Both the position numbers and the translations under genes were made by a program. A stretch of 64,000 nucleotides of DNA from Candidatus Electryonea clarkiae. Lineage in GTDB: Bacteria > Electryoneota > Electryoneia > Electryoneales > Electryoneaceae. How positions within the stretch are numbered: the stretch's first letter is position 1; every line of letters begins with the position of its first letter. The DNA lies in contig JAVCCM010000059.1 in assembly GCA_030765455.1 (NCBI GenBank), positions 6,667 through 70,666 of the forward strand, in the 5' to 3' direction. The notes beneath the pieces are model-generated. The model did not search any database, had not been told where the DNA came from, and was given only the letters and a program-made list of their open reading frames with translations. Positions 37,875 to 49,400 of the stretch are shown here, piece after piece.

Positions 37875-38294
37875 ATGATTACGACAACTTCAGAATATGC
37901 GATTCGTGCAGTCGGATATCTTACTAATTCCGAGGATGACGTACGTATTGGTTCTGATGAAATTGCAGAAGCTACACATGTACCAAAGCGATTTCTCTTA
38001 AAAATACTGAATACTTTGAAAAATCAGGGCATTCTCAGAACAAGCCGTGGTATTGGAGGAGGATTCAGCCTCGCAAAAGATCCTAAGAAATTAACACTTT
38101 TTGATGTTGTCTCTGTATTTGAAGATATCAGCCGGTTTAGCCATTGCCTGAGTGGAGATCAGAATTGCAGTTCTGAAAACCCATGTCCTCTTCATAAGAA
38201 GTGGAACGCAATTCTTGAAAAGATGGAAGATTTGCTCAAAGGAACGACTTTCAGCCATTACCGTGAATATAAAAAGCTTCATGAAAAATCCTGA
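37875..38294 (+). CDS. Rrf2 family transcriptional regulator, likely Fe-S binding
   Basis: EYAIRA, SRGIGGGFSLAK, C-x6-C-x5-C-PLH. Confidence 0.9.
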   Translation: MITTTSEYAIRAVGYLTNSEDDVRIGSDEIAEATHVPKRFLLKILNTLKNQGILRTSRGIGGGFSLAKDPKKLTLFDVVSVFEDISRFSHCLSGDQNCSSENPCPLHKKWNAILEKMEDLLKGTTFSHYREYKKLHEKS

Positions 38295-38306
38295 ATTATC
38301 GAAGAT

Positions 38307-38936
38307 TTAAGTCAATAACAGTTTTTCAAGACGAAGATTTGTTTTGAGTGCTTTAGCGAATTTTTCAGGATGTTTATATCCAGTCAACATTCCAATAGTT
38401 TCCACAAAATCACGGTGTGACCTGCCGTTTCGATAGTCAGGTTCCCTGGGCGGGTATTTAAGGTATCGCTCCATCAAGTTAAGATCAGGAGCTACGAGCA
38501 ATGATGCTGTGAAGTAGATAAAATCTTTCGGTTTGTACAGGCTTGTACCACCAATTTTTCTATCTCCAACTGCAATATCAGAGATACCGGCACTGTAGGT
38601 TTCATTCAATCCTGTTGCTATGAGAGCGGAAATAAGCCAATCAGTAATTATATTATATTGTTCCTTGATTCTTCCAAAACCCTCAGCCGGAGAAGTTACC
38701 GATACAATTATGTTACCCTGATCAAGCACTACTGAGCACCCTCCCCCACGACGACGTAATACCGGTATCCCATCATTTTCACAGTTCTCGAGGTGCAGCT
38801 CCTCATCAGGATCGCTGCCACGTCCCAAAACTACAACTTTATCAGGAAAGGGGTAAACTTTTACTTGAGGTTTCCCTGATATCCTGGCAGATTCAAGAAT
38901 ATCTTCGTCATATAAAAAATCTTTAATTTCAAACAT
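38307..38936 (-). CDS. Lipoate-protein ligase family protein (BPL/LPL catalytic domain)
   Basis: VVLGR, VLRRRGGGCSV, DRKIGG; last gene of a lipoyl-dependent dehydrogenase operon. Confidence 0.8.
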   Translation of the reverse strand: MFEIKDFLYDEDILESARISGKPQVKVYPFPDKVVVLGRGSDPDEELHLENCENDGIPVLRRRGGGCSVVLDQGNIIVSVTSPAEGFGRIKEQYNIITDWLISALIATGLNETYSAGISDIAVGDRKIGGTSLYKPKDFIYFTASLLVAPDLNLMERYLKYPPREPDYRNGRSHRDFVETIGMLTGYKHPEKFAKALKTNLRLEKLLLT

Positions 38937-39004
38937 GTCAGTATATTATTAGATTTGAATAAAGCATCAAAATATATAAGTTTGGGCTACCTGCGAAATT
39001 ATTC

Positions 39005-40414
39005 CTATTTCTGTGGCAGGATATGTATAGGCTCACCCGCAGCCACTTCTGCGGCTTCCATAATAGCCTCAGACATAGTCGGGTGAGGGTGAATGCTGAC
39101 GATTAGATCCTCCAATGTCGCTCCCATTTCAATTGCCAGGGTACCTTCAGCAATTAATTCAGAAGCTACTGGACCAACAATACCAACACCAAGAACAAGA
39201 TTGTTATCAGGATTAGAGAGGATTTTTACAAATCCGTCAGTTTGACCGATACTTCTTGCCCTTCCAAGTGCCGTCAACGGAAAACGACCAACCTTGTATT
39301 TAATATTTTTCTCTTCAGCTTCTCGCTCAGTCAAACCGGTCCACGCAATCTCTGGGTGGGTAAAGACAACAGCCGGAACAGCCCTGTTATCAAAAGCAGA
39401 GGGATGATTGGCAATTACTTCGGCAGCGATTTTCCCTTCCCTGCTTGCCTTATGCGCCAGGGCGGGACCATGTGTTATATCACCAATTGCAAAAATTGTT
39501 TTTTCTGATGTTCTGCCTTCTTCATTTGTCGGAATAAATCCACGTTCATCTGTTTCGATAGATGTATTTTCGAGACCGAGACCGGAGGTATTTGGTTTAC
39601 GTCCGATTGCAACCATTACCTGGTCAAATTCTTTTGTAATTACCTGATCATCATGTTCTATGTCAACTTGAAAACCTTTATCCAGTTTGTTGACATTCAG
39701 AACTTTTGACCCGGTCAATATAGATTCAAATTTCTTCTTGCAGTGTTTGACAACAACTCTCACCAGATCCTGATCAGCACCGGCAAGAAGGTTAGGCATA
39801 AATTCCACCATGGTGATTTTTGAGCCGAGACCAGCATACACCAAACCCATCTCAAGACCAATATAGCCACCACCTACAACCAGGAGTTTATCAGGAACTT
39901 CAGGAATATTTAAAGCATCCGTTGAAGACCATACCGATTGATCATAACCCTCCGGTAGCTCATTCAACACTGAACCTGTAGCAATTATTGCATGTTTGAA
40001 TTCGATATAGGTATTTGCACCATCAACATGCAATAACTTATTGCTTTCAAAATGTGCATGTCCCCGGACAATTTCTACATCACGTTTTGTTAATAATGTA
40101 TCAACACCCTTGGTAAGGGTATCAACAACAGATTGAGTCCACTTACGCAATTTATCAAGATCAATTTTAAGACCGGTGTACGACAATCCTATTTTCTTTG
40201 CAGATTGAAGACCATCTATCATTTCAACAGCATGGATCAAGGTTTTCGACGGAATACAGCCCTCTATCAGGCATACACCGCCAAGCTTTTCACGTTCTTC
40301 CACAAGAATTACATCCAGACCAAGATCAGCCGCTCGAATCGCTGCAACATATCCACCGGGACCTCCGCCAATCACTACAACGTCAGTCTCTAACGTCATC
40401 TCACCCATTACCAT
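39005..40414 (-). CDS. lpdA: Dihydrolipoyl dehydrogenase (E3)
   Basis: GGGPGGY, GGVCLIEGCIPSK, GGGYIG, HPHPTMSE; GGAG before ATG 40414. Confidence 0.95.
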   Translation of the reverse strand: MVMGEMTLETDVVVIGGGPGGYVAAIRAADLGLDVILVEEREKLGGVCLIEGCIPSKTLIHAVEMIDGLQSAKKIGLSYTGLKIDLDKLRKWTQSVVDTLTKGVDTLLTKRDVEIVRGHAHFESNKLLHVDGANTYIEFKHAIIATGSVLNELPEGYDQSVWSSTDALNIPEVPDKLLVVGGGYIGLEMGLVYAGLGSKITMVEFMPNLLAGADQDLVRVVVKHCKKKFESILTGSKVLNVNKLDKGFQVDIEHDDQVITKEFDQVMVAIGRKPNTSGLGLENTSIETDERGFIPTNEEGRTSEKTIFAIGDITHGPALAHKASREGKIAAEVIANHPSAFDNRAVPAVVFTHPEIAWTGLTEREAEEKNIKYKVGRFPLTALGRARSIGQTDGFVKILSNPDNNLVLGVGIVGPVASELIAEGTLAIEMGATLEDLIVSIHPHPTMSEAIMEAAEVAAGEPIHILPQK

Positions 40415-40476
40415 TTTAGAATCTCCAACATCCAATTATATGCAAATGCTAAGAATGCTCTTACACCTATTCTAAT

Positions 40477-41850
40477 CTATAATTCCATTAATAATTTATT
40501 TGTATCGGACAATAATCCAATCAATTCAGTGACAAACCTCGCAGCCTGTGCTCCATCCGCGATCCGGTGATCGAAAGCCAGAGTCAAGGGTAATATTTTT
40601 CGGATTACGATTTCTCCGTTTCGAACGACAGGTTTCTCTTTCAGTCTGCCCATGCCGAGTATTGCCACCTCAGGATAATTTATTGTCGGGATCAGACCGG
40701 TTCCCCCGATAGGTCCGACATTTGTTATGGTTATTGTCCCGCTGCGCATTTCATCGACTGTAATTGTCCGGTTACGCCCTTTCTCCGCCAATGTCTCGAT
40801 ATCAGCCGAAAGCTGAATAATTGATTTCTTATCGGTATCCTTGACCACCGGAACGATCAAGCCTCTTTCAGTGTCTGCTGCGAACCCGATGTTGTAATAC
40901 TTCTTGTAAATAATTTCTTCCCGGAATGGATCAAGGCTGGCATTAAACATCGGGTACTTTTTAAGTAGAACAGTAAGAGCTTTCATTACGAACGGTAAAA
41001 GAGTCAGGCGTCCACCAGGTTGACCTTCCCTTTCGACTCGCTCTTTCCTGCGGAAATTCTCAAGGTCAGTCAGGTCCGCCTCATCCATATGCGCCACATG
41101 TGGAACGAGCACCATTGATGTAACCATTTTCCGGGCAACTTTGCGCCTGATAGAACGAACGGGCTGATACTCTACCAATCCCTCTTTTTCAAAATCAGGC
41201 AGATCGTCCAAATCAAGGAAAGGAATACCTGATTTGGGAATCTTAACCTCTCCCCTGACATGCTTTTCTGCAGATATGAGTTCACCTGATCCTGGCGTTG
41301 TTTTAACTTCCGGAATCTCACCGGCATCGAATGATCTTACATCCTCTGGTAAAACCCTGCCACCCGGACCGGATGCGGAAACTTTATTTATATCAACGCC
41401 GAGTTCTCTTGCAAGACGCCTCGTGGCGGGAGCAGCAGGCACTGGAAGACCATCTCCAGTTTTTGACGGAACAGCTTCGCTTGTAGTTTGAACCTTCTTC
41501 TCCTCTACCACTGCCGGGATTATCTCGGTCTTTTCCTCAGGTATTTCTTTCTTAACCGCCTTCTCCTCTTCCCTTTCAGTCGCTTTATCGGAACTACCAG
41601 ATTTTGCCACGCCGGCTCCATCATCGATTATCACCAGCACTGCACCGGTTTCGACTACGTCTCCAACTTTCCCATTCAATTTTATGATTGTACCGCCACG
41701 TGGAGATGGAATCGTAACCGCAGCTTTATCGGTCTCAACATCCACCAAAGACGCATCTTCTTCAATAGTATCTCCAACGTTAACATACCATTTCAGTATT
41801 TCACCCTCCTGAATTCCTTCTCCAAGATCGGGCAGTTTAAATTCAAACAC
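40477..41850 (-). CDS. pdhC: Dihydrolipoamide acyltransferase (E2)
   Basis: Lipoyl ETDKA, PATRRLARELG binding domain, FDHRIADG catalytic motif. Confidence 0.9.
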   Translation of the reverse strand: MFEFKLPDLGEGIQEGEILKWYVNVGDTIEEDASLVDVETDKAAVTIPSPRGGTIIKLNGKVGDVVETGAVLVIIDDGAGVAKSGSSDKATEREEEKAVKKEIPEEKTEIIPAVVEEKKVQTTSEAVPSKTGDGLPVPAAPATRRLARELGVDINKVSASGPGGRVLPEDVRSFDAGEIPEVKTTPGSGELISAEKHVRGEVKIPKSGIPFLDLDDLPDFEKEGLVEYQPVRSIRRKVARKMVTSMVLVPHVAHMDEADLTDLENFRRKERVEREGQPGGRLTLLPFVMKALTVLLKKYPMFNASLDPFREEIIYKKYYNIGFAADTERGLIVPVVKDTDKKSIIQLSADIETLAEKGRNRTITVDEMRSGTITITNVGPIGGTGLIPTINYPEVAILGMGRLKEKPVVRNGEIVIRKILPLTLAFDHRIADGAQAARFVTELIGLLSDTNKLLMEL

Positions 41851-41859
41851 TTTATACTC

Positions 41860-42840
41860 CTAAAATTCCAGGGTTTCTTCTATCGCTCTGCGAATTCGTT
41901 CCATTGTCGGAAGATACATCTTTTCACGACCAAAATAAGGCATGACAACATCATATCCTGAAACACGTTTCACAGGAGCTTCAAGATACATCAACACTTC
42001 ATCATTGATACGTGCAATAATTTCGGAAGCAGGACCCAGTGTTTTTTGTGCTTCCTGAACAATCACACATCTTCCGGTTTTTCTAACCGATGCATTTATC
42101 GTAGCGCTATCCATAGGTGAAATTGTCAACAAGTCAATGAGTTCTATCGAAACCTTACGTTCACTCTGAATCTGGTCAACTACTTTTTTTGTTAGATGAA
42201 ACATTGCACCCCAGGATACCAGGGTAAGATCGCTTCCTTCCCGGACAATTTCAGCTTTTCCAATTTCCATTGTTTCTTTTTTCTCAGGAACTTCCTCTTT
42301 GAAAGCCCGATAGGAATGTTTCGGTTCCATAAAGATTACGGGATCCGGATCACGTATTGCTGCGGTAAGCAGCGCGCGAGCATTACGGGGACTGGAAGGA
42401 ATAACCACTTTCAATCCCGCAGTGTGCGCCCAATAAGTCTCCTTGCTTTCCGAATGGTGTTCAAGCGCTCGAACACCTCCACCATAAGGCATACGCATTA
42501 CAAGCGGGCAGGTAAACTGTCCTCTCGACCGTGTCCTCATTCTCGCGGCATTTCCCTCAAGCTGCCCCAGGGTCAGGTAGGAGAAACCAGAAAATTGTAT
42601 TTCAGCTACCGGTTTTAGTCCGGCAATCGCCATCCCGATAGCTGAACCGATAATTCCCGATTCCGCCAATGGAGTGTCAATAGCCCTTTCTTTTCCAAAC
42701 TTAACGGATAATCCTTCCGTAGCACGAAAAACACCACCATTGACACCAACATCCTGTCCCATTACGAGTACAGTTTCATCCTTTTCCATTTCTTCATGAA
42801 GCGCAAGGTTGATCGCTTGAATCATGTTCATTTTAGGCAT
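41860..42840 (-). CDS. pdhB: 2-oxoacid dehydrogenase E1 beta subunit
   Basis: GGVFRAT, DTPLAES, EIQF, HHSES; ATG 42840. Pyruvate versus branched-chain specificity not resolved. Confidence 0.85.
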   Translation of the reverse strand: MPKMNMIQAINLALHEEMEKDETVLVMGQDVGVNGGVFRATEGLSVKFGKERAIDTPLAESGIIGSAIGMAIAGLKPVAEIQFSGFSYLTLGQLEGNAARMRTRSRGQFTCPLVMRMPYGGGVRALEHHSESKETYWAHTAGLKVVIPSSPRNARALLTAAIRDPDPVIFMEPKHSYRAFKEEVPEKKETMEIGKAEIVREGSDLTLVSWGAMFHLTKKVVDQIQSERKVSIELIDLLTISPMDSATINASVRKTGRCVIVQEAQKTLGPASEIIARINDEVLMYLEAPVKRVSGYDVVMPYFGREKMYLPTMERIRRAIEETLEF

Positions 42841-43924
42841 TGTCGGCATCCTTTCCAATTTCATTAAGGAATTCAGCTCGCAGTGCTTTGATGTCATCAG
42901 TTTCTGTTTCGAAGAGATAGTCAAAAGGAGAATCCGGTTTGAAATCAGTCATATTTTCAAAGTCTTTCACAGTTTGTTCAATTTCGGCTTTTATTTCGTC
43001 TTCCATTGTCTTTTGTTTCCTGGCGCTCCAGGCTTTCTTCTCTATAAGATAGTTTTCAAAACGCTTGATAGGATCTTTCTTTGACCACTCTTCGACTTCA
43101 GCATTTTTCCTGTACCTGGTCGGATCATCAGCAGTAGTGTGAACTCCCATTCTGTATGTAACAGCCTCTATCAAGGTCGGACCTTCTCCCGCGCGTCCCC
43201 TGTCAAGCGCATCTTTGGTCGCCTTGTAAACAGCCAGAACATCATTTCCGTCAATCTGTATCCCGTCTATTCCATACGATATTGCTTTCTGAGCAATAGA
43301 TTCACTATGGGTTTGGTTTGCACGTGGAGTTGAAATTGCCCATTGATTATTCTGGCAAAAAAATACTACCGGCAATTTCCAGACAGCAGCGAAATTTATC
43401 GCTTCATGAAAATCTCCCTCAGAAGTCGATCCATCCCCGAAAAATACTAACGAAGCATTCTCTTTCTCGCCTTTCAACCGTGAGCCGTACGCTGCTCCAA
43501 CAGCATGGGGAAGCTGAGAACCAAGAATTATATTTATGGGAAGCGTTCTGTCATTCACTGGATTGAAACTTCCCTCTTCATATCCATTATAGTAAATCAT
43601 CGGATTTATCAATGGCTCGCCTCGCATTAAACGACCACCGAGTTCACGGTAAGAGCCAACAAACCAGTCCGAATCCCGTAAAGCAAAGGTAGCTCCACAG
43701 ACGCAGGCTTCCTGACCGGTACAGACTGGAATAGTGCCTAATCTTCCCTGGCGCTGCAATTTGAGCATTCGACTATCCAATTGACGTGCAAGGTACATTG
43801 CTCGATAGAGTTTATTAAGCTCAGTGTTACTAAGTTTTGGCTCAAGATTTTCGTCAAGTTTGCCTTTATCATCGAGAACCTGTAAATATGATAATGAGAA
43901 TTTACCAATTGTTTTTAACGGCAT
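42833..43924 (-). CDS. pdhA: 2-oxoacid dehydrogenase E1 alpha subunit
   Basis: RQGR, GQEA, GDGSTSEGD..NNQWAIS TPP motif, YRMGVHTTADDP. Confidence 0.85.
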   Translation of the reverse strand: MPLKTIGKFSLSYLQVLDDKGKLDENLEPKLSNTELNKLYRAMYLARQLDSRMLKLQRQGRLGTIPVCTGQEACVCGATFALRDSDWFVGSYRELGGRLMRGEPLINPMIYYNGYEEGSFNPVNDRTLPINIILGSQLPHAVGAAYGSRLKGEKENASLVFFGDGSTSEGDFHEAINFAAVWKLPVVFFCQNNQWAISTPRANQTHSESIAQKAISYGIDGIQIDGNDVLAVYKATKDALDRGRAGEGPTLIEAVTYRMGVHTTADDPTRYRKNAEVEEWSKKDPIKRFENYLIEKKAWSARKQKTMEDEIKAEIEQTVKDFENMTDFKPDSPFDYLFETETDDIKALRAEFLNEIGKDADNA

Positions 43925-44218
43925 TGGATATCCTTTCAACTCGGGTTTAAACTCTGAAATAATGATGCTCCCCCAACCTCGCAGTAAGAAGCAGTTCTAA
44001 TTGAGAAAAAAGATAGGTGTTCCTAATAGTAGTGTCAATGGAAAACATGCTTGTAGGGAGATGCGCTAACTTATTGTAGGTTTAGGATTTATGAAAATTA
44101 TGGTTCATCAATTTAAAGCTTATTTCACTTCATAAATTGTATAAAATTCACAGTTAAGAAATTGTGAAATTGTATTGTTTGTTCTCTGGATGGAAAATTC
44201 TGCACTTTCAACATAACA

Positions 44219-46372
44219 CTATTGAGGATTCTTGATAAAAACAATTTTCTTTGTCGCTTTGAGGTGTGAGCCATCAAAGAGTGTAATAAAGTATACACCG
44301 TTTGAAATATTTCGGGCATTTATTGGCAAACTGTAACTACCTGCAGGATATTTCCCTTTTTCTATCAATGCTACTTCTCTGCCAAGTACATCATAAAGTT
44401 TTATCTCAATCCATCTCTCATACGGCACTGAAAACCTGATGATTGCATTGTTACCAAGAGGAGCTGGATATAGAGCTTCAATGTTGAAGTTTTTTGATGG
44501 TTCAGGAGGATTATGCGAATCAGCGGGGACGACTGCAAAAATAATGGGAATTTGATAATCAGAATCACCTTGAGCAGTATGTTCAACGAGAATACTTCCA
44601 TGATATGAATTCGTGTCTAATCCCATCGATGAAAACCTTACTTCGACAGTTTCAAAAAGCCCAGCATTTACAATTAATTCATCCCGGCTGAGCGTTACAC
44701 CTGCAAATTGTGTCGTGTCATCATCTATTTCAGTAAACTTCTTTTTACGATCCTTAGAATAATTCTGAGCATTATTCAGATGTTCTTTCCCATAGACCAG
44801 TCCAATACTATTGCCGATGCCGGTTAGATACAATTTTATGTGATATGATCCCAATCCTGTGTTACCAAATGTGAGATACATTGTCTTTTCAGAGTCCGGT
44901 GGTAAAACTACAAGCAGGCTATCATGAGATACAGAAAAAGTTCCCAGTAATCTATCAATTCCCGCTAATGCGGCATCAGCCTGAACCAGACCCGCACCGA
45001 AATCGTTGTCCTTTCCTTCTATTCCAAGATCCAACGCCGTTGTCTCGAGGATAGAATCGACTTCCACCGGTAAAAGCTGAGGTTTCTTTGACATCATCAA
45101 AGCAACTACTCCCGAAACGATTGGCGCTGCAAACGATGTTGCACCTGCCGGAGCGACCAGGTCAGGTTTAATCAATCCTTTTAAAATACCCAGGGTGTCA
45201 TAAGGATAGTCATTAAAGTCTTCAATATTCATCCAGGTTACCGGACCGGGACTGGAGACACTTGAGATTGTATTTTCTTGTGTTGAAGCACCGGCGGTAA
45301 TTAATCCGCTTCGCGATCCCTGTTCATTTTCATCCGGATTTCTCCAGGGCGACGGCACACCGCCTGGTACTGAAATTGCGTTTGGCGGCAACCTACTTCC
45401 TCGATTGTTTCCAGCGGATTTCACACTTATTATCCCCGCAGTATTTAAGACATCATAATTCTGCCGCCATATCCTCCTGTCTCCCTCTGCCGGACTGCCC
45501 CAACCCAGGGACATCTGAATAACATCTACGCCATGCTCAAGCGCAAAATCCTGCGCCAGCCATGAATCACCGACTCTTCCCGTTGATAAATTCTGACGGA
45601 CTTTCAGTATCATCAACGTCAAATCCGGAGCCACGCCGGTCGTATCTCCGGTTGTACCGTCCCCGGCCAGGATACTTGCTACTGCACTGCCATGTCCGCT
45701 TTCATCTATTGGATCATTATCGTCATTATAGAAATCATAGCCATGAAACGGATATTCGTCTCCTCCATCCCAGAGATGATCCTGTAGATCAGGATCGTTG
45801 TAATCCACGCCTGTATCCATTATCGCTACTAATACACCCTGTCCCGTATAACCTTCCTCCCAGACTTGCTGAACATTTATTTTTTCTAAATACCATGATT
45901 GATCATCCAATTCCGTGCCAGGCTCATATTCCTGATTCAAGATATTTTTATCTTCCATGATTAACCGGACGTCTCTTCGAGTGGCAATTGAATTAATTAC
46001 TGCAGGAATAGCGCTGACGAGTAGTCCGTTACAAATTCGTATCGTTCGGTATCTTTCGACTCTACCGCGTATCTGCTCATATTCAAGATAATCCCGAAGT
46101 TCTGATTGTGATAAATTCGACAATTCTAATAATTCACGCCAGATTATTCCAGATCGTTCATTTTTCGGCTGGTTTTTCGTTATCTCCTGCAGGTATTCTA
46201 AGTCAGGTTTGCCTATCATCATAATCAGAATATCGACCATCTCATCATGACCGGCGTTATCTATTCTGTCACTTAATTGGTCATTGAAAATGGATGCATT
46301 TGACTTCAGCGGAACACATAGAGAAAAGAAGATAAGTAAGGCAAGCAATAACAGTATCTTTGGAGTTTTCAT
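44219..46372 (-). CDS. S8 (subtilisin-like) peptidase with a T9SS-type C-terminal domain
   Basis: Signal peptide (ATG 46372), prodomain, DTGVD, HGSAVA, SAGN, ATSFAAP; LYPAP..YDVLGREV tail. Confidence 0.85.
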   Translation of the reverse strand: MKTPKILLLLALLIFFSLCVPLKSNASIFNDQLSDRIDNAGHDEMVDILIMMIGKPDLEYLQEITKNQPKNERSGIIWRELLELSNLSQSELRDYLEYEQIRGRVERYRTIRICNGLLVSAIPAVINSIATRRDVRLIMEDKNILNQEYEPGTELDDQSWYLEKINVQQVWEEGYTGQGVLVAIMDTGVDYNDPDLQDHLWDGGDEYPFHGYDFYNDDNDPIDESGHGSAVASILAGDGTTGDTTGVAPDLTLMILKVRQNLSTGRVGDSWLAQDFALEHGVDVIQMSLGWGSPAEGDRRIWRQNYDVLNTAGIISVKSAGNNRGSRLPPNAISVPGGVPSPWRNPDENEQGSRSGLITAGASTQENTISSVSSPGPVTWMNIEDFNDYPYDTLGILKGLIKPDLVAPAGATSFAAPIVSGVVALMMSKKPQLLPVEVDSILETTALDLGIEGKDNDFGAGLVQADAALAGIDRLLGTFSVSHDSLLVVLPPDSEKTMYLTFGNTGLGSYHIKLYLTGIGNSIGLVYGKEHLNNAQNYSKDRKKKFTEIDDDTTQFAGVTLSRDELIVNAGLFETVEVRFSSMGLDTNSYHGSILVEHTAQGDSDYQIPIIFAVVPADSHNPPEPSKNFNIEALYPAPLGNNAIIRFSVPYERWIEIKLYDVLGREVALIEKGKYPAGSYSLPINARNISNGVYFITLFDGSHLKATKKIVFIKNPQ

Positions 46373-46483
46373 GAAGTTTGAAGTACTTTTATTTGTATAA
46401 ATTGTTGATATAAAACATGTCAATCCGATTTTTTCATACCCGCGAAACAACGACCTTCATAATATTTGATTATCGTAAGACAG

Positions 46484-49400
46484 TTATTTCAAAATAACTA
46501 TTTTCCTTACAGCATTAATGTTGTTATTCGACTCAATGGTGAGGAAATATACTCCAGAGGAAATTATTGTGCTACCATATTGGATTTCGTAACTCCCGGG
46601 CAGATGCAGCCCACGTCTTATTGTTTCAACTTCCCTGCCAAGGATATCATAGATTTTTAATTTGATATCCGCTCGTTCCGGCAGAGAGTAACGTATGATC
46701 GCAGTCGAATTGAAGGGATTTGGATAGACGTTTGAGATTGAATAGTTTGATGGGTTCTCGACTATCTCAGAAAGAGGAACGTCTGCAAAATCAACTCTCA
46801 TGGTGACAGGCATTATAGTTTCTCCTGCTCCGGCAGTATAGGAAGTGTAAACAAAACCACGATAGTAATCATCTGGTAATCCGGAACTGTTTAAATTCAA
46901 CACGACATTTTCAACTCCATCCGGTTCGATAGTGAGAGAGTTTCTTTCTAAAGTTACTCCCCATAGAACCGCGTCAAGCTTCCAGATAGCGACTATCACG
47001 TAATCAATCCTGTATGCTATACTAACGACTACCTGGAAGTATTTATTATAACCATCAACCACTGACAATCCCCGCAAAGTGCCGCCTAAAGAGGTGTTCA
47101 GTTCTTCCGATACCTGGAGATTTTGACCTGTTTCCGGATCAACCTTAAAAAGACTGCGATGCCTCACGCTATCCTCAATAGCAAGGAAGAGTGGGTAACC
47201 ATCCTCATCATCCTGGTAATACCCCAGACCTGCAATAGTTAGATTATTCAGGATTGTATCACTCACACTGCCATCCATTGGATCTATAGCAAGAATATCG
47301 TTATCTCCACTTGCAATCCACAGATTCTCCCTGTCCTCATCCCAGGCTATTGATACAATTCCATGATATGGACTTTCCAGTTCATCAATGATATTTCCTG
47401 AATCGGGGGTAATCGAATAAATACTTGATCCGTCAATCCCCCAGATATTGCTCCCGTCAAAAGCGAGGTCAGTCATACCAGGCAGGCTATCCTGATGACC
47501 GGGTTGCAGAATAGAGCCAAGGTATTCGTCATCTTCTGAAAACTTATAAATTACATTCGCTTCACCCTGATTGGTTGAACCACTGATATAAAATATTCCC
47601 TTATCCCACGTCAATCCGTGGAATCGATTATCACCTAAATTATCACTGACAATAATTGAAGAAAGTAAATCGATATATTCAACCGTATCCTCAATATCCG
47701 GTTTGATTTCTAATGATAGATCGTATTCTAAAGTACCGCTGTTTCGGAAAGTCAGATCAAATGTTTCATCCGGATTATCATCATTCAACCTGACCCAAAG
47801 GCTTTCAGGTGTCATGGAAAATATTCCCGATGGATATTCAAAGTTCAATTCGACGTTTTGATCTTCTTCAATTGTCACATTACCGGCTTCATAGACAGGG
47901 CTGGCTAAAAGTTTTGCCAGTATGGGGTTTTGCCCAACCGGCAGTTGAAATTCGTATTCACCATCTACATTTGTAGTATCACGACAGCGCCTGCGTTCCA
48001 AAACATAGACCACTAAACCTTCCAGGGGCTCGTCTGTATTTGCATCAATGGCTGTACCACTTACGCTCCCCATCGGGAGATAGATTGCATCAACAGCTTC
48101 ATCAGCCTGTACACGTCCGGCGCCATAATCGTTATCTTTACCTTCAACACCTAAATCAAGAGCAGTCGTTTCGAGAAGTTCGTCTATCTCTGCCGGAAGC
48201 AGTTCAAGCGCCTTAGAGAGCATTAACGCTGCGATGCCTGATACGACAGGAGCTGCATAAGAAGTAAATCCAGTACTGGGCGCAGTAAGGTCAGGCTTTA
48301 TCAACCCGGCATGATCATCATCATACGTGTAATCAAACCAGGGTTCGACATCTATCCAGGTTACCGGGCCCGGGCTTGAAACTGTAGAAACTGTATCATC
48401 TGCACCTGTTGCGCCTACAGTGATCAAACCACTTAATCCACCCTCTTCAATCTCATCAGGATGACGCCAGGGTGATGGAACACCTCCGGGTACTGAGATA
48501 GCATTCGGAGGAACACTAATCATACGATTATTCCCTGCCGACTTAACACAGACGATTCCAGCAGCGTTCAACAAATTGTAATTCGATCTCCAGATGGCAC
48601 GGTCACCTTCATCCGGCTCAGCCCAACCAAGCGACATGTGAATAATATCCGCTCCCTGATCGAGAGCAAACTGCTGAGCTTCCCAGGCACTGCTTACCAG
48701 ACCGGTTACCATATCCTGGCGTACTTTCAGGATCATAAGCGTTGCTTCAGGTGCAACCCCTGTGGTATCACCTTCAGATCCGTCTCCGACAAGGATTGCA
48801 GCTACACCTGTTCCATGACCTTCATCATCCATCGGATCATTATCGTCATTATGGAAATCATAACCATGATTGGGATACTCATCACCACCATCCCATAACC
48901 GGTTTTCAAGATTCACATTTGTATAATCAACCCCTGTATCAATAATCGCGATTAGGATACCTTCGCCCATGTATCCGTCCGCCCATACTTCCCTGGCATT
49001 TATCAGGTCAAGCTGCCAACTGACATCATCTAATTCATAGTCTCCGTATTCAATACTACTTTCAGCATTATCATCAGCAATAATAGCTGATACATCGTGT
49101 CTTCGAGATATTTCAAGAATAATTTCGCTGTCAGCAGTAATCTTTAACGCGTTACAAATCGGAATTGACTTAAATTTCTTTACTTTTCCTCTTGAGTATT
49201 CAGACTTTAGAAAACCGAACAGGCTTCCTTGTGACTTCTTCGCGAGCAAATGCAATTCTTCACTGATAAGCTGCGAACGTTCTTTTCGAGGTAAACCATT
49301 GACCATTTCCTGCAAATATTCAGCATCCGGTCTGACAGACATGAGCACGACTACTGAAACAGGTTCATTTGATTTTGTAGGCTTCGAAACGAGTCTTGTG

